Origin: Pavona decussata
Lineage: Eukaryota
Assembly (NCBI GenBank): GCA_977016875.1
Contig: CDRNST010000123.1
Location: 372,001 to 436,000 of the forward strand
DNA: 64,000 nucleotides
Direction of reading: 5' to 3'
The position numbers and the translations under genes are program-made. This document shows positions 49,301 to 62,744 of the stretch, piece after piece; position 1 is the first letter of the stretch; every line of letters begins with the position of its first letter. Below the pieces are notes generated by a model. That model saw only the letters and a list, made by a program, of their open reading frames with translations. It was not told the origin of the DNA and searched no databases.

Positions 49301-50298
49301 GATTCGGAAGGGCAGTTCACGGACACAGGTTTACAGGGCGTCAGGGAGTTTCGGAGCGGTCAAAAAGGCCGCGGACACAGAGTTTTCTTTGAAGTTTGCA
49401 GGTGATGGTAGCGCAATACTAATTTCAGTTTGTGTCTCCGCATCTTTGAGTTTTCGATTCCCAACCTGACACTGGAAATCTTGTACTGTCATCTTTTCGA
49501 GATTTCCCCATCGACATGCAGCCATCGCTTCGGCGTTCTGTTTACGTCCGTACGTGGATGACATTTTCAAGCAAAACACTCAAGTTTCAAAACTAAAGGC
49601 ACGACTCACATGTTGTAACCTTAAAGCAGAAAATTTATCAATAAAAATGTAAACAAAAAGTTTTTCTTGTGTTTGTTGCAACGAAGTGAAAAAAAAGGTA
49701 CCGGCGACTTGAATTGGCGACGCCGGGCCGGCACCGAAAAAAGGGCGCGAAAAAATTTTGGCTGACCGGAAGTGAATTTGCCCTTGGTTAGCAACCGTGT
49801 AGCTTAGCAACGAGATACTTCAATGGGCCCTTAAAATCAAGAAAAAGTAATTTTTTCTTGACAGTTGGCTTACTTATATTCGTTAGTTTCATCAGTTACG
49901 TTGTTGATAGACAGTTTAAGCTGGTTCATGGTCGTACAGAGCTAAACCTTAATCGTGTTGTTTATGGTGATAACTTTTGGTAAATAAAAATAACGTATTA
50001 AGAATTTTTCGTGGACAAGTGTAAAAGAAAAACAGGATTTCAGTGTGATATTTAACAAACATGACCCACAATGGCCCTCATTTTAACTTTCTTCGCTCCA
50101 TTAAACCTCAAGGTAGAGTCTTCGATGACATTTTTTTACAAGTGCGAGTGACGTTTGTTGAGGTTGATTTTGTTACAATCTTAACAGAAACAAACGAGTG
50201 TCAGTCCAACCCTTGTCAAAACGGTGGAACTTGCGTAGATGATGTGTACAAATTTACTTGTCTGTGTCCAAATGCTTACGCAGGAACATTTTGCCAAG
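46377..50298 (+). CDS. Copy B three EGF exons (46377-46487, 47934-48044, 50188-50298)
   Basis: Intact 111-bp phase 1-1 EGF exons with canonical splice sites. Confidence 0.9.
47395..47610 (+). repeat. tRNA-derived repeat (pseudo-tRNA 47500-47571)
   Basis: A box TAGCTCAGTGG and B box GGTTCGACTCC; imperfect stems; related copy at 54080-54255 on the minus strand. Confidence 0.7.
48067..49830 (-). mobile_element. Kolobok-like DNA transposon, deleted/degenerate transposase
   Basis: TTAA TSD; TIR GGGCCCATTRAAGTATCT; minus-strand remnant [14 protein letters not shown]...[11 protein letters not shown]. Confidence 0.8.
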
Positions 50299-50759
50299 GT
50301 AAGACTAAGTACAATTAATTATTATCCTTGAAGACCATCACTTTTCATTGGTGTATACTCATGACCTTACTCGAATGAGTTGAAATTAGACTTTGACCAA
50401 TCTTGGATTAAGCCTAAGTTCTGCAGACGCCTGAATTGTTTCTCTTATCAGCCATATGGTTTGATATTACCCCAATTGAAGTGCACCTAGCACTTAAATA
50501 ATTCCACCTTAAGTTAAAAAGTTCTTGGACAAATTTTTTGAATTGCTTGCATATGCGATTTTCTGTGGCTCAGCGAAGTTTCGAAACTACCGTCAAAAAC
50601 GGCGCCATTTTGTTACGCGTCTACCAAATTAAACGGAGGACACGGAGCTATCTTATGCGTTCACTAACCTAACGAGGGGCACGCATAAAATGAGCTTAGG
50701 TAGCAAGGCCTACTGAACTGTTCAGCCCTCTGCCGTGGGCTAATATGAAGATTTACAGG

Positions 50760-51100
50760 TCGACTGGTTAGCGGCATCATTTATATCACGGTGGTCGGCT
50801 GTGATTAGTGCATTTCGATCCTCAATGTTCCGGCAAGAAGTTGTTCACTCGGCGGTTCGCTGTTGTACTATTCTCCTATTGTTTCTTGTCCGTGGGCATC
50901 CATGATTCGTGAATTTCAATTCCACTATCCCTGTTGATGTTATTAGGGTGAAGTCTTACGTGGATAGCTTCCATGACCCTACAGGTGTACCAGTGAGAGT
51001 CTCGATCAATAAACTTAACCTCACCCAAAGCGGATAATGGCCGGTCTCGTGGGCGTGCTCAGAAACGGCGGAGGTCTGGATACAAGCGAGTCGTATAACG
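50760..51100 (-). mobile_element. Penelope-like GIY-YIG 3' fragment
   Basis: QTSAVSEHAHETGHYPLW...VKFIDRD...EAIHVRLHPNNINRDSG. Confidence 0.75.
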
Positions 51101-53937
51101 AGTTTTTCTGTTTTTCGGCTTTTCTCTTTGTAGGGAAGAAGTTTGTTTAACACAGATTCATACTTTCTGTTTCAGCAAAAAATAACCGGTTTTCCTTCAC
51201 TGAATGTTTAATTTTTGGAATTTTGTGGTAAAGCACAAATTCTGAAAATTCTAAAGAGAAGCCGTTTACATCCAAGTCTTGTTGGCGATGTGTTCTTTAT
51301 GTCACACCGAAGAAAGGACTTGAGCCACGCAACAACGCAAGCTGTTTATGCAATTTTTTTTTTCAAAGCCATTGGCTCTAGAAATTTTTATAAGACCGGG
51401 TATACATGAGGTTATTTGTTGCCAAAATATAGGATATTATTATAGAAACAAGTTCTCGTTCGTATTCTGAGGTGTGCAATTGCTTTCTGCCCAAGAAATC
51501 GATCCCTTCTTATGGCTTATCATTTCAAGTGGAAAAGTTTGCTTTGGCTATTGTTTCTGTTTTGCGGACAACTTGAACAAGTGGTCGTCTTTTTGTGCTT
51601 TCAGTTAGAAATCGGTCTCGCTTTGTTTTATTATCCTGCTTTAGTGACGCTCTAATTTTCTGCATTGTGCAGGCCGCTTCCTGATGAAATTACTGAGTTA
51701 GACAAAAGTAAAAACGCAATTTCGAGATGTACCTGTCTGTCCCGTTTAAAGAGTAACGAAGGTACCGGGTCAAAACCAGCCTACGCGCCTAAGTAACTGG
51801 ACGATACTGGGTAAGCTCGATCGGTTTCGATTGGACATATAAGCTGTCGAAATGATAAAATAAACAGACTTGATAATAAACCAGCTTAGACTTGTAATTG
51901 AAGAAAAATTAGGTGAAAGTTCGGCAACTGTGCATGGCTAATCGTTCCATTTTGGTACATGCACTTTCATGGCAATTTTTCTTTCAGTCTCAGCGTGTAC
52001 GGGTACTTTGGCTCGACTGCATCGAGGAAAAGTGGAAACGAAACTCATTGATTACCGTCATTGAACATTCGGTGAAGGAAATTGAGGTTTGAAACAAAAC
52101 ATTGTTTCCTAGCCCCCATAATAAAAAGTCGAAGTCGCGGAGAATCACTATTTATTTACTTCTGTGTGAGGAAACCAAACACTTCCTCTAAACATTCAAG
52201 AAAAATGACGAAAAGAATGTGAAACCCAAGCGCAGTTAACTCTTGCTGATTATAAAAGTTTTGCACACATCTACAAAACTCAGAGAGTTCCAATTAGAAT
52301 GTTTACATAAAACCAAAATGTGCAGTTTTTGTGGCATTTCAGAAGAAACTTTTATTCAATCCATTTGTTTTGGGGTTGCATCTCCGTTGATAATATCCGT
52401 GGTGACCACACAGAACTTTAAATGCGTCACCAAATAGTAAGAGGGCTTAACATTTTCAACAAACTCAGTTTGTTCGGATTAAAACCCCACACGGATGACA
52501 TTTTGTTGAATCACTCCTTATCATTGGCCAGATATGACATATTCATCAAATCCTGATTCTATGCATAAATTTGTGTTTAACAGCCGAAAGAACTCAAGGA
52601 AAATTATATCTTTGAATAAGAGGTAGCCAATCAAAACAGACCTATATTTAATTGACAATAATGGTGCCGTATTTAGTCCACGTTCAAAGAAAGGCCATAG
52701 TTCTAGTCAGTTTCTCTTTCCAAACCAGTAATCAGGAATCCAGTGCCTACAATAATTATGATAAAATAGTACCCCCAGGTGCCTTAGGAAATAAGAATCG
52801 CTCTCGATGTTAGTCATGATGTCGTTCAAACAGGTTACACATCTACATTCCCTTCATGTTTCTAACTCTCTCCATTGCAGAGGCCCCTTTCCCACTAGAG
52901 CGGAGACATAACAACATGATACAAGGGACTGAAGAGAGACGTCCCCTGCGCCCCCTTTTTCTCCATTTCCGTTATTCTTCCCATTTCCGACTTTTTGTTC
53001 CCTTCTTTATGAAGGAACCTCTGCGGAGGATAGAGTGTTTCTAAATATAATTTGTCTGTGTATGCTCTCATAATTTGCACTAATCTGTAATAACCAACAC
53101 CATTAATTGTAACGCAGTCTAACTAATCAAGCATAATAAAAACTATTTAAAAATTGATAAATGAATCAATCACGTACCGTAGCAAGCTCTAATGGGGGTT
53201 AGAGTACTGTTCCTCATTATCACAGCCTAGGGTGCCGAAAAATCATCATATCTATTAACATTTTTATTTCGTAGCTTCTGTGCAGGCAGCGGCATCTTGC
53301 AAGAGCCACTATTCAGCTGGGCGACATTCAAATGGATTGTATTACATAAACATCGGAGGTTTTCCTTTCCGAGTGAGTATTTCAATCATTAATTGCTTTG
53401 GCAACTGTAGGTACCCTCATGAAACGATCATTATTACAGATAGTAAATTGATTAAGGGAGTCAAGCTGCTTTTCTGTTTTTCAAGTAGATAAACAACCAG
53501 TGCAGGCACAACCGTTATTAATGATGACAAGCAATTAATATAATGACAACAATTTTCAGGCTTCGTTGCTTTGGTTTTCTCTAAGAATTATTTTTCTGAG
53601 CCTTTAAAACAATACCAACATCAGCGAAATAGAGATGCCATTACTAAGTAATGCAGATATATAAGGTAGGAATATAAGTTTCCACTGTTTCAGCAAATTC
53701 AAAAAAGATTCTGACAGGGCTTCAAAATCCTTGGTATATCTGTGAGAGGCAAGTAGAAGGATTACAAGAAATTCGAATAGCTTTCAAAAAGAAACAAGTT
53801 GACAAAATTATCTACATATAAACAGGATGCTTATAACTGGGAGCCAAATCAATAAAACGCTGTTAACGTTTACACTTGTTACTGAAATTTTTTGTTTTGG
53901 GCCCTTTGGTTGTAAGCGAGGGCAAAAACAAATTTAA

Positions 53938-54735
53938 TATAACAATACAATTGATGTTCGCGAGCGTAAATGTGCTTTTGGCGCGCACTCTGCAGCTCAT
54001 TTAAGTCCGAGCCACAGGCTAAAATGAGTTCTGAGAAGAATCTACTCTATACATGAGGATGATGTATTAATCACTTTATGACACAGGCATACTCGGAAAA
54101 AAAATCCGAGTGCTCCTATCAGGAGTCGAACCTAAGACCTTCCGATTACTAATTCGGATGCTCTACCACTGAGCTACAGGAGAATCGTGGGAACTAAGGC
54201 CATTAATGCTATGTTTGTCCCATGAACCTAGTTTAATGGCCTTAGCTCCCACGCATTACCTTAAAACTTTGGCAGAACACCGCAAATTTTTTCAAAAGAA
54301 TCTTTGCTTCTAAGTTTTCAAAAGGAAAATATAAGAATTTTGTCAACAGCGAAGTGTTAACATTAATTGTGCAATTTCTAAACAGAGCGGGTTTCGCTCA
54401 ACGAAGACAATTTTACATTCACCTCGCCTCCGGCCATGGAGCTACTACAGGCATTATTTCCACCATCACCCACGAGTTTCTGTATTTTAAGAAGTCTTCT
54501 TCATCTAGCTGACACGACTGAGAATTTGCTTCTTCGCTAGGTTTTTCAACCATTTTGTAGCTCAAACAATTTCTTTGTAGATGGCAGCGCTTCCAGTCAA
54601 ACAAGCAAGAAAACGGCGCGAACAGTTGCATGGTTTCCAGTTCTGATTGGCTGGCTATGTTATTTTCTTCTTTCTTATTGGCTTAGCTCATTTTAGCCCG
54701 CAAAATACGCCGAAATGTTCGATGAAATTATTATA
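53938..54735 (+). repeat. Non-autonomous element of about 760 bp with terminal palindrome, copy 1 (interrupted by tRNA-derived repeat)
   Basis: Direct copy at about 57822-58590. Confidence 0.75.
54080..54255 (-). repeat. tRNA-derived repeat (pseudo-tRNA 54112-54183)
   Basis: Cloverleaf-like with an 8-nt anticodon loop; flanks shared with the 47395-47610 copy. Confidence 0.7.
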
Positions 54736-54894
54736 ATAACAAGTTTAAAAACAAGTAATAAGGATTGTTTAGAACATGTACCAAATTAGACTGTAGCACA
54801 GTCCTCATTTGTCATCCATAAGTGTAAACGGTTTATTGAGTTGGCTCCTGAATTTTAATTATGGATTTCAAATAGAAAATAAGAATCAAATTAA

Positions 54895-55497
54895 AGTGCC
54901 CCTAACCCTTCAATTTGTTTTCTTTTGGTAGATTTCCATATCTGTGAAGAACTCATTTTCGTAAAAATTGTTTAGAAATATTGAAACCTTTTTTTTTACG
55001 AGCGCTAAAAGTTACTGAAATTTTTAAATTTTTGCGCGCTTTAAGCCCCGCTGGGCAAAGTTTTGTCTCATGGGCTCATTAGGAATGAGCCAATGAGAAG
55101 CGTCCGATATTTGACACTTTCTTAGCTGTGACGTAAGAAAAGGACACCAGAAGGATTCAGAAGGAATCTTATGCATGCTGATTCCTTTCTCTACATTTCG
55201 AGAGTTGCTGCATCCAAAAACCACACATTTTTCAACCATTTTCTCTGTTTAAATTGAAGCATTACCGCGAATCTCCGGATATTTTTGCGCAATGTCCTTT
55301 TCTTACGTCACGCTCCATATTTGGCCGAGTGGGGGACTAATGCGAACGATAGGTGAAAATATCGACAAGACTGCCTTCACTTCTAGCGCTCGTAAAAAAA
55401 AAAGGATTCAATATTTCTCAAAAAATTTTTCGAAAATGAGTTCTTGAAAGATATGGAAATCTACCAAAAGAAAACAGATTGAAGGGTTAGGGGCACT
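54895..55497 (-). mobile_element. Non-autonomous Kolobok-like element with truncated THAP domain
   Basis: TTAA TSD; TIR of about 110 bp starting AGTGCCCCTAACCCTTCAAT; MVEKCVVFGCSNSRNVEKGISMHKIP is a THAP N-terminus. Confidence 0.85.
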
Positions 55498-57821
55498 TTA
55501 ATGTTATGGCTAAAAATGTGTACAAGTTGCATGTTCCTAAACTATTGCGTACTACGATTGTGAAAAGGGCACCCCCTTTGGGCGAGCCCTATCCTTAAAA
55601 CCCTATTACATGGAGTTTTACCCCTCCACCCCCTCCCCTCACCCCTAAACACGCCCTTCCCCATCCCTCCAAGGCAAATGCATGACTCTCAAAAGTAATG
55701 AAGGCCGGACAGGATAATTTAAACAATCAGCAATGAAGTCGCCTTGGTTACATTCTTTTAAAAAGTTAGACTGTCCCTTATTGAGTACTGACCGTAAATA
55801 AAAAATCATTTTCACAAAAAAAAAAATAAATAAATAAAAAATAAGGAGACGATCAAAATTGCGGCATGAGGGTTTGCTACCAGCGTATTATAAACTTTTT
55901 ACCCACAGCTAGCAGAGGTTTCTTTCTGGCAAGTCTTTTAGCATGTACGAAGTCGCTCGCTCGCGTTTTGAATCACATGACTAAATTTAAAAGCATGTTT
56001 TGCAGTTTTGATCGTCTCCTTATTTTTTTCTGTATAAAATATTGAATTATTTTGGTAGCTGTATGAATTTTGCTGCGGCTCATTAATTAACTAATAAATG
56101 CTTAAGTTGGCTTTGTCCACTTTCCTGTAGTCAGAAACCGTTAATAACTTCCTGCTCGGTTGAATTAAGGGGATCGGAGTATTTGAAAATAATTAACCCA
56201 GTTTTCTCCTTAACCCTTTCCCTACCGAGGGTCCTCAACTCATAACGTGGTCAGTATTTTCTCAATTAGAGAGAGCTTTTGTCAGCAAATTGGTCTTAAA
56301 AAGATCTTTGTATTTCAAAGAAAAAAATGGTACCCTCTGGTATCTACGATGTGGTTCACCACCCAAATGATTTGTTGAATGTTTTCATACACAGACTCTC
56401 ACATATCTCAGAGTATTCTTGCATTAAAAGCTACAAAAGAAGCTACACGTTTGAGGTATACTTATCACCTGAGTCGATTTCTATTATAAGACCTGACATC
56501 CTTCAGTTATATCTTGATTCCAGAAACGAACTTCACTCACCAAGACCTTTTAAATGGTATATTTATTACACTAAGCAAGCTGGGTTTTTCTTCACCGTTT
56601 TGGAAAAATGGGCCAAACAATTTGGTAGGGAATGGTTAACCATATTGTGGGCCATTTCTTTGTCTTCAGAAACTCTATCTTGCTCTTACCTACTATTTCG
56701 TATAAATAAACTGATCCGCTTGTTCATTTGCTATGCCACAAAGAAAGAGATTTGTTAAAATCTACGAATATCTCGTTTGAACATGAATAAAAAGATTTGA
56801 ATGAAGCTTAAACCAACTCCTCGGCCTATACCTTACGTTAGACTGGGACACATTTTTTCTTTCATTTAAATCAATATTTGTACGAGGTGTCCAGTTTAGC
56901 AAGGCTAGTTCAAATGGGGCCCTGATACAGTAACAACACAGTGGTGATAAAGTACATCCTACATGCGCAGACATGGTAAATTGCAGATTAGTGAATGAAA
57001 ACTTTTTAGAGGCGACACTGAGTATCTGCATGCATGGCTATACACCACATTAGAAGTTGTAAGATACTGCCTATTTTTGACCGATGTGATAGTATTCTGA
57101 AATTTTTTATAATCGTAAATTCCAACCTTTGGATTTCAGTTCTGATAAAAAGACCCCTGAGAGGACATGCGCATAGGCAGCTAGTACAGCAAAGAGTTCC
57201 ACCGTACACCCCCACGCCGTCAATTTGATCACGTCATTCATCATTACGCCACTTTTTTTGGCTTCAAACAACGCGTAGGTAGGCATGACAGCCAACTGAC
57301 TGGAACATCGCATTCATTGTTAGTCAGTTAGTCATCATTGTAAGCTATCAGTAGTTCAGAATTATTTTCAGTTATTGTGAGCCACTATCACTGTAATCTA
57401 TTGTGAAGCTGGCTGTATCTTTTATTCCGTGTCTGACGTTGTTGTAACTCTTCAGCTCTTTAAGTCACTGTAAATCAGTCAATGAATAAAAAAAAACAAC
57501 AACAACAACAACAACAATTAAAAAGAAGGCTCTGATTGTGTCACTGCGAGGAAAAGGTAATTTCCTCGTTTCAGCCAAACTCTGAACAAACAAGAGAAAA
57601 TGTGATGCGAACGTATCTCAAACAGTCAGTTAACATGGCGGGGAAAAAACTGACAATCGATATGCTTAATCTGCTCGTGCACGCAAGCTAGAGCAGTAAG
57701 CAAGTGAACTGGGGATCTCAGTGTACGTACGTAGGTTAATGTACGTTTACAGCCAGCGACTGGGAATTGACTATGGCGTTAGCGCACTACTCGACGTGTG
57801 ATTCAATCAGTGAAGTATAAT

Positions 57822-58590
57822 ATAACAATAGAGTTGTTGTTCGCGGGCGTAAATATGTTTTTGGCCCGACTCAGGCTCATTTTAGCCCAAGCCGCAGGCG
57901 AGGGCTAAAATGAGTTCTGAGAAGGGTCAAAAAAATTTTTACGCCCAAGAACATCAACTCTATTACTATTATGATAATTTCAGAAGGCATTCACAACAGG
58001 AATACAAGACAATACAATGAGCGATCGCGATATCTTCTGTGAACGCTGCCGGAATTGCGTCGACGTTTATTTTATTGTACAAAAGCTTTCGTTGTCACAA
58101 AAACTTAAAACTTTGGCAGAACACCGCAAAATTTTGCCTTCTAAGTTTTCAAAAGTAAAATAACAGAATTTTGTAAACAGCGAAGAAATAGTCATTTTCG
58201 ACTATTACAATTAAGGGTTTCGCTAAAAGAAGACAAATGACACTCGCCTCGCCTCCGGCCGTGGAGCTACTACAGGCATTATTTCCACCATCGCCCACGA
58301 GTTTCTGTATTAAAGTCCTCTTCATCTAGCTCAGACGACTGAGAATTTGCTTCTTCGTTAGGTTTTCCTTCGATTTTGTAGCTCAAAACAATTTCTTTGC
58401 AGATGGCAGCCCTTCCAGTCAAACAAGCAAGAAAACGGCGCGAACAGTTGAATGGCTTCCAGTTCTGATTGGCTGGCTACGTTACTTTCTTCTTTCTAAT
58501 TGGCTCAGAGCAGCAGGCTAAAATATATTTTAGCCCGCTGAATTCTTCATTTAGCCTGCAAAATACGCCGTAATACCCGATAAAATTATT
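57822..58590 (+). repeat. Non-autonomous element of about 760 bp with terminal palindrome, copy 2
   Basis: Hairpin 57827-57970; absent at the homologous site in copy A (about 11800). Confidence 0.75.
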
Positions 58591-60500
58591 AAAATTATAA
58601 ATATTTGCACAACTAAATACTTAAGACAAGAGATAAATGAAAAAAGGCTGCCTGAGGCCCCTTTATGCAAGTTTAATCAAGACCAACTCATGAGATCAAC
58701 AGAAGACCCGACACGAACCGGGTAAACGGTCACTTGAAGATATAGCTTTGGAACTGAGCGCGTGTGTCATATCTGCAGTCTACTTAGGCACGATAGAGCT
58801 TTCAACTGCAGGTGCTGATCTGCCGTGAATAAAATTATAGTTTTCGTTCGTATTTTTATATTGCTTGGCAGTCTTGTTGTTGGATGTAGTGCATCGGAAT
58901 GGGCAGTACCTCTTTTGTATGAAAATTTGAGCGAAAAGTTGGCTTTGATCTCGTTTCATTTGTACCATAGGCGTAACCGTGAAAGGTGTGCAGAACGAAC
59001 GCCTTTGTCTCCCTTTGACATGTCTTGATGGTAGCTAATTATAGCACACTTGACAGTCCTTTTACATACATCAAAGTTGTTACGTTATTCCTAGGTGTGT
59101 GTCAAAGGTACCTTTGCACTAGTCAATCAAACATTTGACAACGCTTTTACCCTGCCTTTGATCTTAATCATTGGCGCTTTGCCTTTCACTAGGCCTTAAT
59201 TTACCAAGTTTAACGATGCCAAAAAGCTTAGTAGAGGCGGCGTTACCACGTTTGATATAAGTCAAAGGTGAGTCAAAAGTGAGCGGCGAAAGCAATTTTT
59301 CGTGCACAGGAAGCGACGCACTTTCAGATGTTCTCGCAGATAGCCGCACTTTTCTCAGATCTATGAATTTCAAAACTAAGGTGTGGTCTATATGCCAGTC
59401 TTGGTGGCATTGTTGACTACACAGAGGCAATGGACCATGCACTGTATTTATGGAAAATATTCTCTACAAAGTCTAGGGAATTTTGGTGAGACCTTATGTG
59501 ACTTCTGGTGTTGGTGATGTTGCTATGCTGTGTCTAAAAGCTCTTATTGCAGCTTGTTAGTCTGGAAAGCAGATATTTGAGTTAGAAGTACCTGTAGCCT
59601 TCTTCTTCTGTAGTCCTATACACTGACAGCATAAACATCTGCAGTAAAGTTCGCGCAGATTACTCCTGCACGTATTCCGTTCTGTAATTGTTTTATGTGG
59701 CCACAATATTAGTACACCATATCATCTGTCTCTGAAAGTATTTTCGCAGGATCTGTCTAGGAACAACTTGTCTTGGTGATGTTCAATTTAGTAAATAAGC
59801 CCTTTCGGGCAGCTAGTATATATAAGAGGATCATGGCTGAGGCTGAAAGCATTGTCCGACAAATGAACGATTGGCCGAGAAGCTTCGGTGGCAACTGTGA
59901 AATTTTAAGGAAAGGGGTTCATTTATTTAAAAACTCCGGATTAATTTCAGCCATGGCCAGTCATGGTCAAGACATAATTGTAGGGAAATAAATACTAACT
60001 GACCAGTTTACTCGATTTTAATACAGTCATCATGTCAGTTTAAACTAGAACAGTTAACCAAATATAACATTCTTTCTTTTTTTCTTTGTCGAAAAAATCG
60101 CGGATATCAAATTGAAAGAAAATAGGGGACGACATCCGACGCTATCCGGTTTTGACAGAACTGTCGTTCTATTTCAGCCACTACGATTTTTTACCTAGCA
60201 TACCATTTTATTTCTGAAATTGGTATCGCTTTCTGTGGCAATATCATTTTATTATATACTAATATCTGATTTTACCATGTTTAAATGTTTGTCATTTAAC
60301 TAATAATTAAGTGGTTACCTCCTCGGATGTTAGGGTTGTTATCAAGAAAGCTAGAATCCCAAGAACGCACTACTCTGACTTCCATAATTGGACGCCAGCA
60401 TTCCTTACATTATTCCAACTTTTGATTCCTTTTATAAATATTGTTAGTAAAGTTTATTTCGTGCAAGTCACTAAATGCCTTTATCCTTTTGCATTGTAAG

Positions 60501-61139
60501 GTGTACTGTGACATGTCCAATGGTGGCTGGACTTTAATCTCACGCTTCTCGAATGCTGACAGTGCAAACTGGATGCAGTACAACGCCAGCTGGTGGTATG
60601 ACCGAACAACATCTTACGGCAGCGTCACCAGTCCTTCAGACAACTATGACATGATATCGCCCGCATTCTGGCTTGTTCAGGGCGATTATCTCAAAATAAC
60701 CCGCAGTGATGACAGCTCCCATACATATCTGCTAAACACTCTTAGAGGCTGCACTGGAGGGGTGACCTTCAGGAACTTTGTAACAAGCTTTGGTAACTAC
60801 CGAAATGGTGGCATCTGGAACAGTAACTCATGCAGGCGCAATTGTATAGCGTGGTTTGGTGGTAGTTATTCGTCGACAGGGGGATTTAGTACGGTGGGGT
60901 GCGGCAGTAATCTTGGTATATATGGTGATAACAACTTAGCATTCTGGTGTGACTGGAGTTCCGGTGATGGAGCCGTGACGATGATTGGCGGTAGTGGTGA
61001 CAGTTGTCAAAGGGCGGATCATGGGATTGGTATCACAGAGGCTGATCAGGCTCGGTTCGGTACAGGAGACTGTGATGGAGACTTTGGTGATAATTGCAAT
61101 TTTCCTAACGGCTATTCTCTGAACTTGTGGATTAAATAG
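60501..61139 (+). CDS. Copy B terminal exon: intact fibrinogen/intelectin-like domain
   Basis: [16 protein letters not shown]...FWCDW...DGAVTMIGG...[11 protein letters not shown]...YSLNLWIK*; open frame; preceded by exon 53275-53372 (SCKSHYSAGRHSNGLYYI). Confidence 0.92.
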   Translation: MYCDMSNGGWTLISRFSNADSANWMQYNASWWYDRTTSYGSVTSPSDNYDMISPAFWLVQGDYLKITRSDDSSHTYLLNTLRGCTGGVTFRNFVTSFGNYRNGGIWNSNSCRRNCIAWFGGSYSSTGGFSTVGCGSNLGIYGDNNLAFWCDWSSGDGAVTMIGGSGDSCQRADHGIGITEADQARFGTGDCDGDFGDNCNFPNGYSLNLWIK

Positions 61140-61812
61140 ATTAAGATTAGCCTTTGGCGGTATACTGAATCTATTTAGCTACAGAACACATAAAGACGGA
61201 TTAAAGTGTATCCACAATCCAAAAACAGTATGGTCGCCTATTAAAATTAATAGTAAAAACAAAAGAAATCCCAAGATTTAAAACTCTTAAAAGGAAGTTC
61301 AAGTCGTCCAAAGGGCTGGATGCATAACGTTTTTTGTATTTTTGTATTTCTTTCTTTTTTTTTTTTTTTTTGCAAAGAGCTTCAGAGTGCGGTTTATTGA
61401 TTTCCCAAACTAATTTAAAATAATTCGTGAAGAGAAAACAAAGGAAATAACAACCTTGAAGGAGGTTTGAAAATGTGATTTTAATTATCATAAAACTTGA
61501 TAATGTTTTTCATTTGAATTTTTTCAAGCTTTATTAATGCTTTAGAAGCTATAAAATTCACTCGTAAGGGTACTTTATCAGATTTCCAAATACCCCGAAG
61601 TTGCTTAATAAAGAACTGTGCTGCGCCTCATTTTTCAAGTCACTTTTCAATGTTTAGAACTCAGATGAAACGCAGCTCCTCGTGTTTATTCCATCACTTA
61701 AAGATTATTTGGAACTGTGATGTTACTTATCAAGTGAACTAGTTTTCTTTTGTATTTTTCGATGCTCCGTCCAAACTTATTTCATCGTTGTTAAACCGGC
61801 AATTACGATAGT

Positions 61813-61964
61813 AGGGATTTGCTGAAGCAAAGGCATATAAAAAACCAGGAAAGATTTATTAGTGCTCGACGATTTATTGCTGCATGCTAGTTAACTAGTC
61901 TCTTGATAATGGAGTCAATATGACCCCGAAACGTCGAGCAGCAATAAATCTTTCCTGGTTTTTT
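61813..61964 (+). mobile_element. Tiny Penelope terminal-repeat insertion with inversion and 12-bp TSD
   Basis: TSD AATTACGATAGT (61801-61812, 61965-61976); inverted repeat of about 33 bp; hammerhead-like TTGATAA...CGAAACGTC. Confidence 0.65.
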
Positions 61965-62519
61965 AATTACGATAGTGTCGCGCTTGGAAAAAAGGCAATG
62001 AAAACAGGTTTCAATTGTCGACCTTTCTCTACACCATCTAGGCACTGCTGAAAAGGTTGCCAATTATTTTTAGTATTAGTTTTTGTTATCAAAGAAAACT
62101 ACCAACGATGGTCTATTTTTACGATATGACTCTTAGTTTTGTCAAACAATAAATTAATGCCTTTGGCCATGGATGACTAGGGTGGAATGAATCCCAACAG
62201 AACTTGAAAAAGCTGGACCAAAGTTTTCAAGTTCTACACATTTGTCTTGGAAAAATCGCTCCAATTGATTATGCACGGTTTTTTGTTATGGTATGTATAC
62301 TTTGAAATAGTTATTTCATATCACGTTTTTTTTCCTCGGGTTCTGAGAGCATTGCGTGTAAGATAATTAGTGTATTGTTTTTGTGATTTTCAATATCCTG
62401 TGTTACTGCTAGTATTAGTTCTTAACACTTAACGTGAGGTATCTCCTAAAGGTTATTCCATGCCTTGACCTACTTCCAGTCATAACTGTCATAAATTAAA
62501 TATGTCACTTAGTCAAACG

Positions 62520-62744
62520 TAGACTGCAAGCAGTCCCTTTCTGGTCAGTCGACAGGGTGCGCTTACAGAGCAGCGAGACTGGAGCGAAGAGAAATAAACG
62601 AGAAGAGACTGGAGGGGAATCTTTTCCTTTCCCTTTTTTCCCGCCTCTCCCCAAGCCCCCCTCCGCTCGTTCGCTCCAGTTTTTTCGCGCTCGGCTTTTT
62701 CGCGCGACCTCTCGACTATCCAGAAAGGGACTGCTGGCAGTCTA
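62520..62744. mobile_element. MITE with TAG termini and 9-bp TSD (AcademH-like)
   Basis: TIR TAGACTGC-AGCAGTCCCTTTCTGG; flanks AGTCAAACG and GGTCAAACG. Confidence 0.75.

Larger units (their letters stand above)
29996..61139 (+). pseudogene. Multi-lectin gene copy B, probable pseudogene (or exon-skipping isoform)
   Basis: Exons 29996-30068 (signal peptide), 30313-30671, 36382-36489, 37201-37326, 37567-37663, 38355-38573, 39692-40071, 40367-40534, 40875-40985 (TGG>TGA at 40878), 41529-41645, 42264-42354 (donor GT>AT), 42713-43545 (MITE inserted), 46377-46487, 47934-48044, 50188-50298, 53275-53372, 60501-61139. Confidence 0.85.

Noticed and set aside
56280-57320. ORFs 56327-56758 and neighbours as a nested gene
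   Set aside because: No domain, splice or paralogue support; probably decayed repeat.
36382-61139. Copy B as an uncollapsed haplotype of copy A
   Set aside because: Intron divergence, different TE content and strongly diverged EGF3/fibrinogen exons far exceed ordinary allelic difference.
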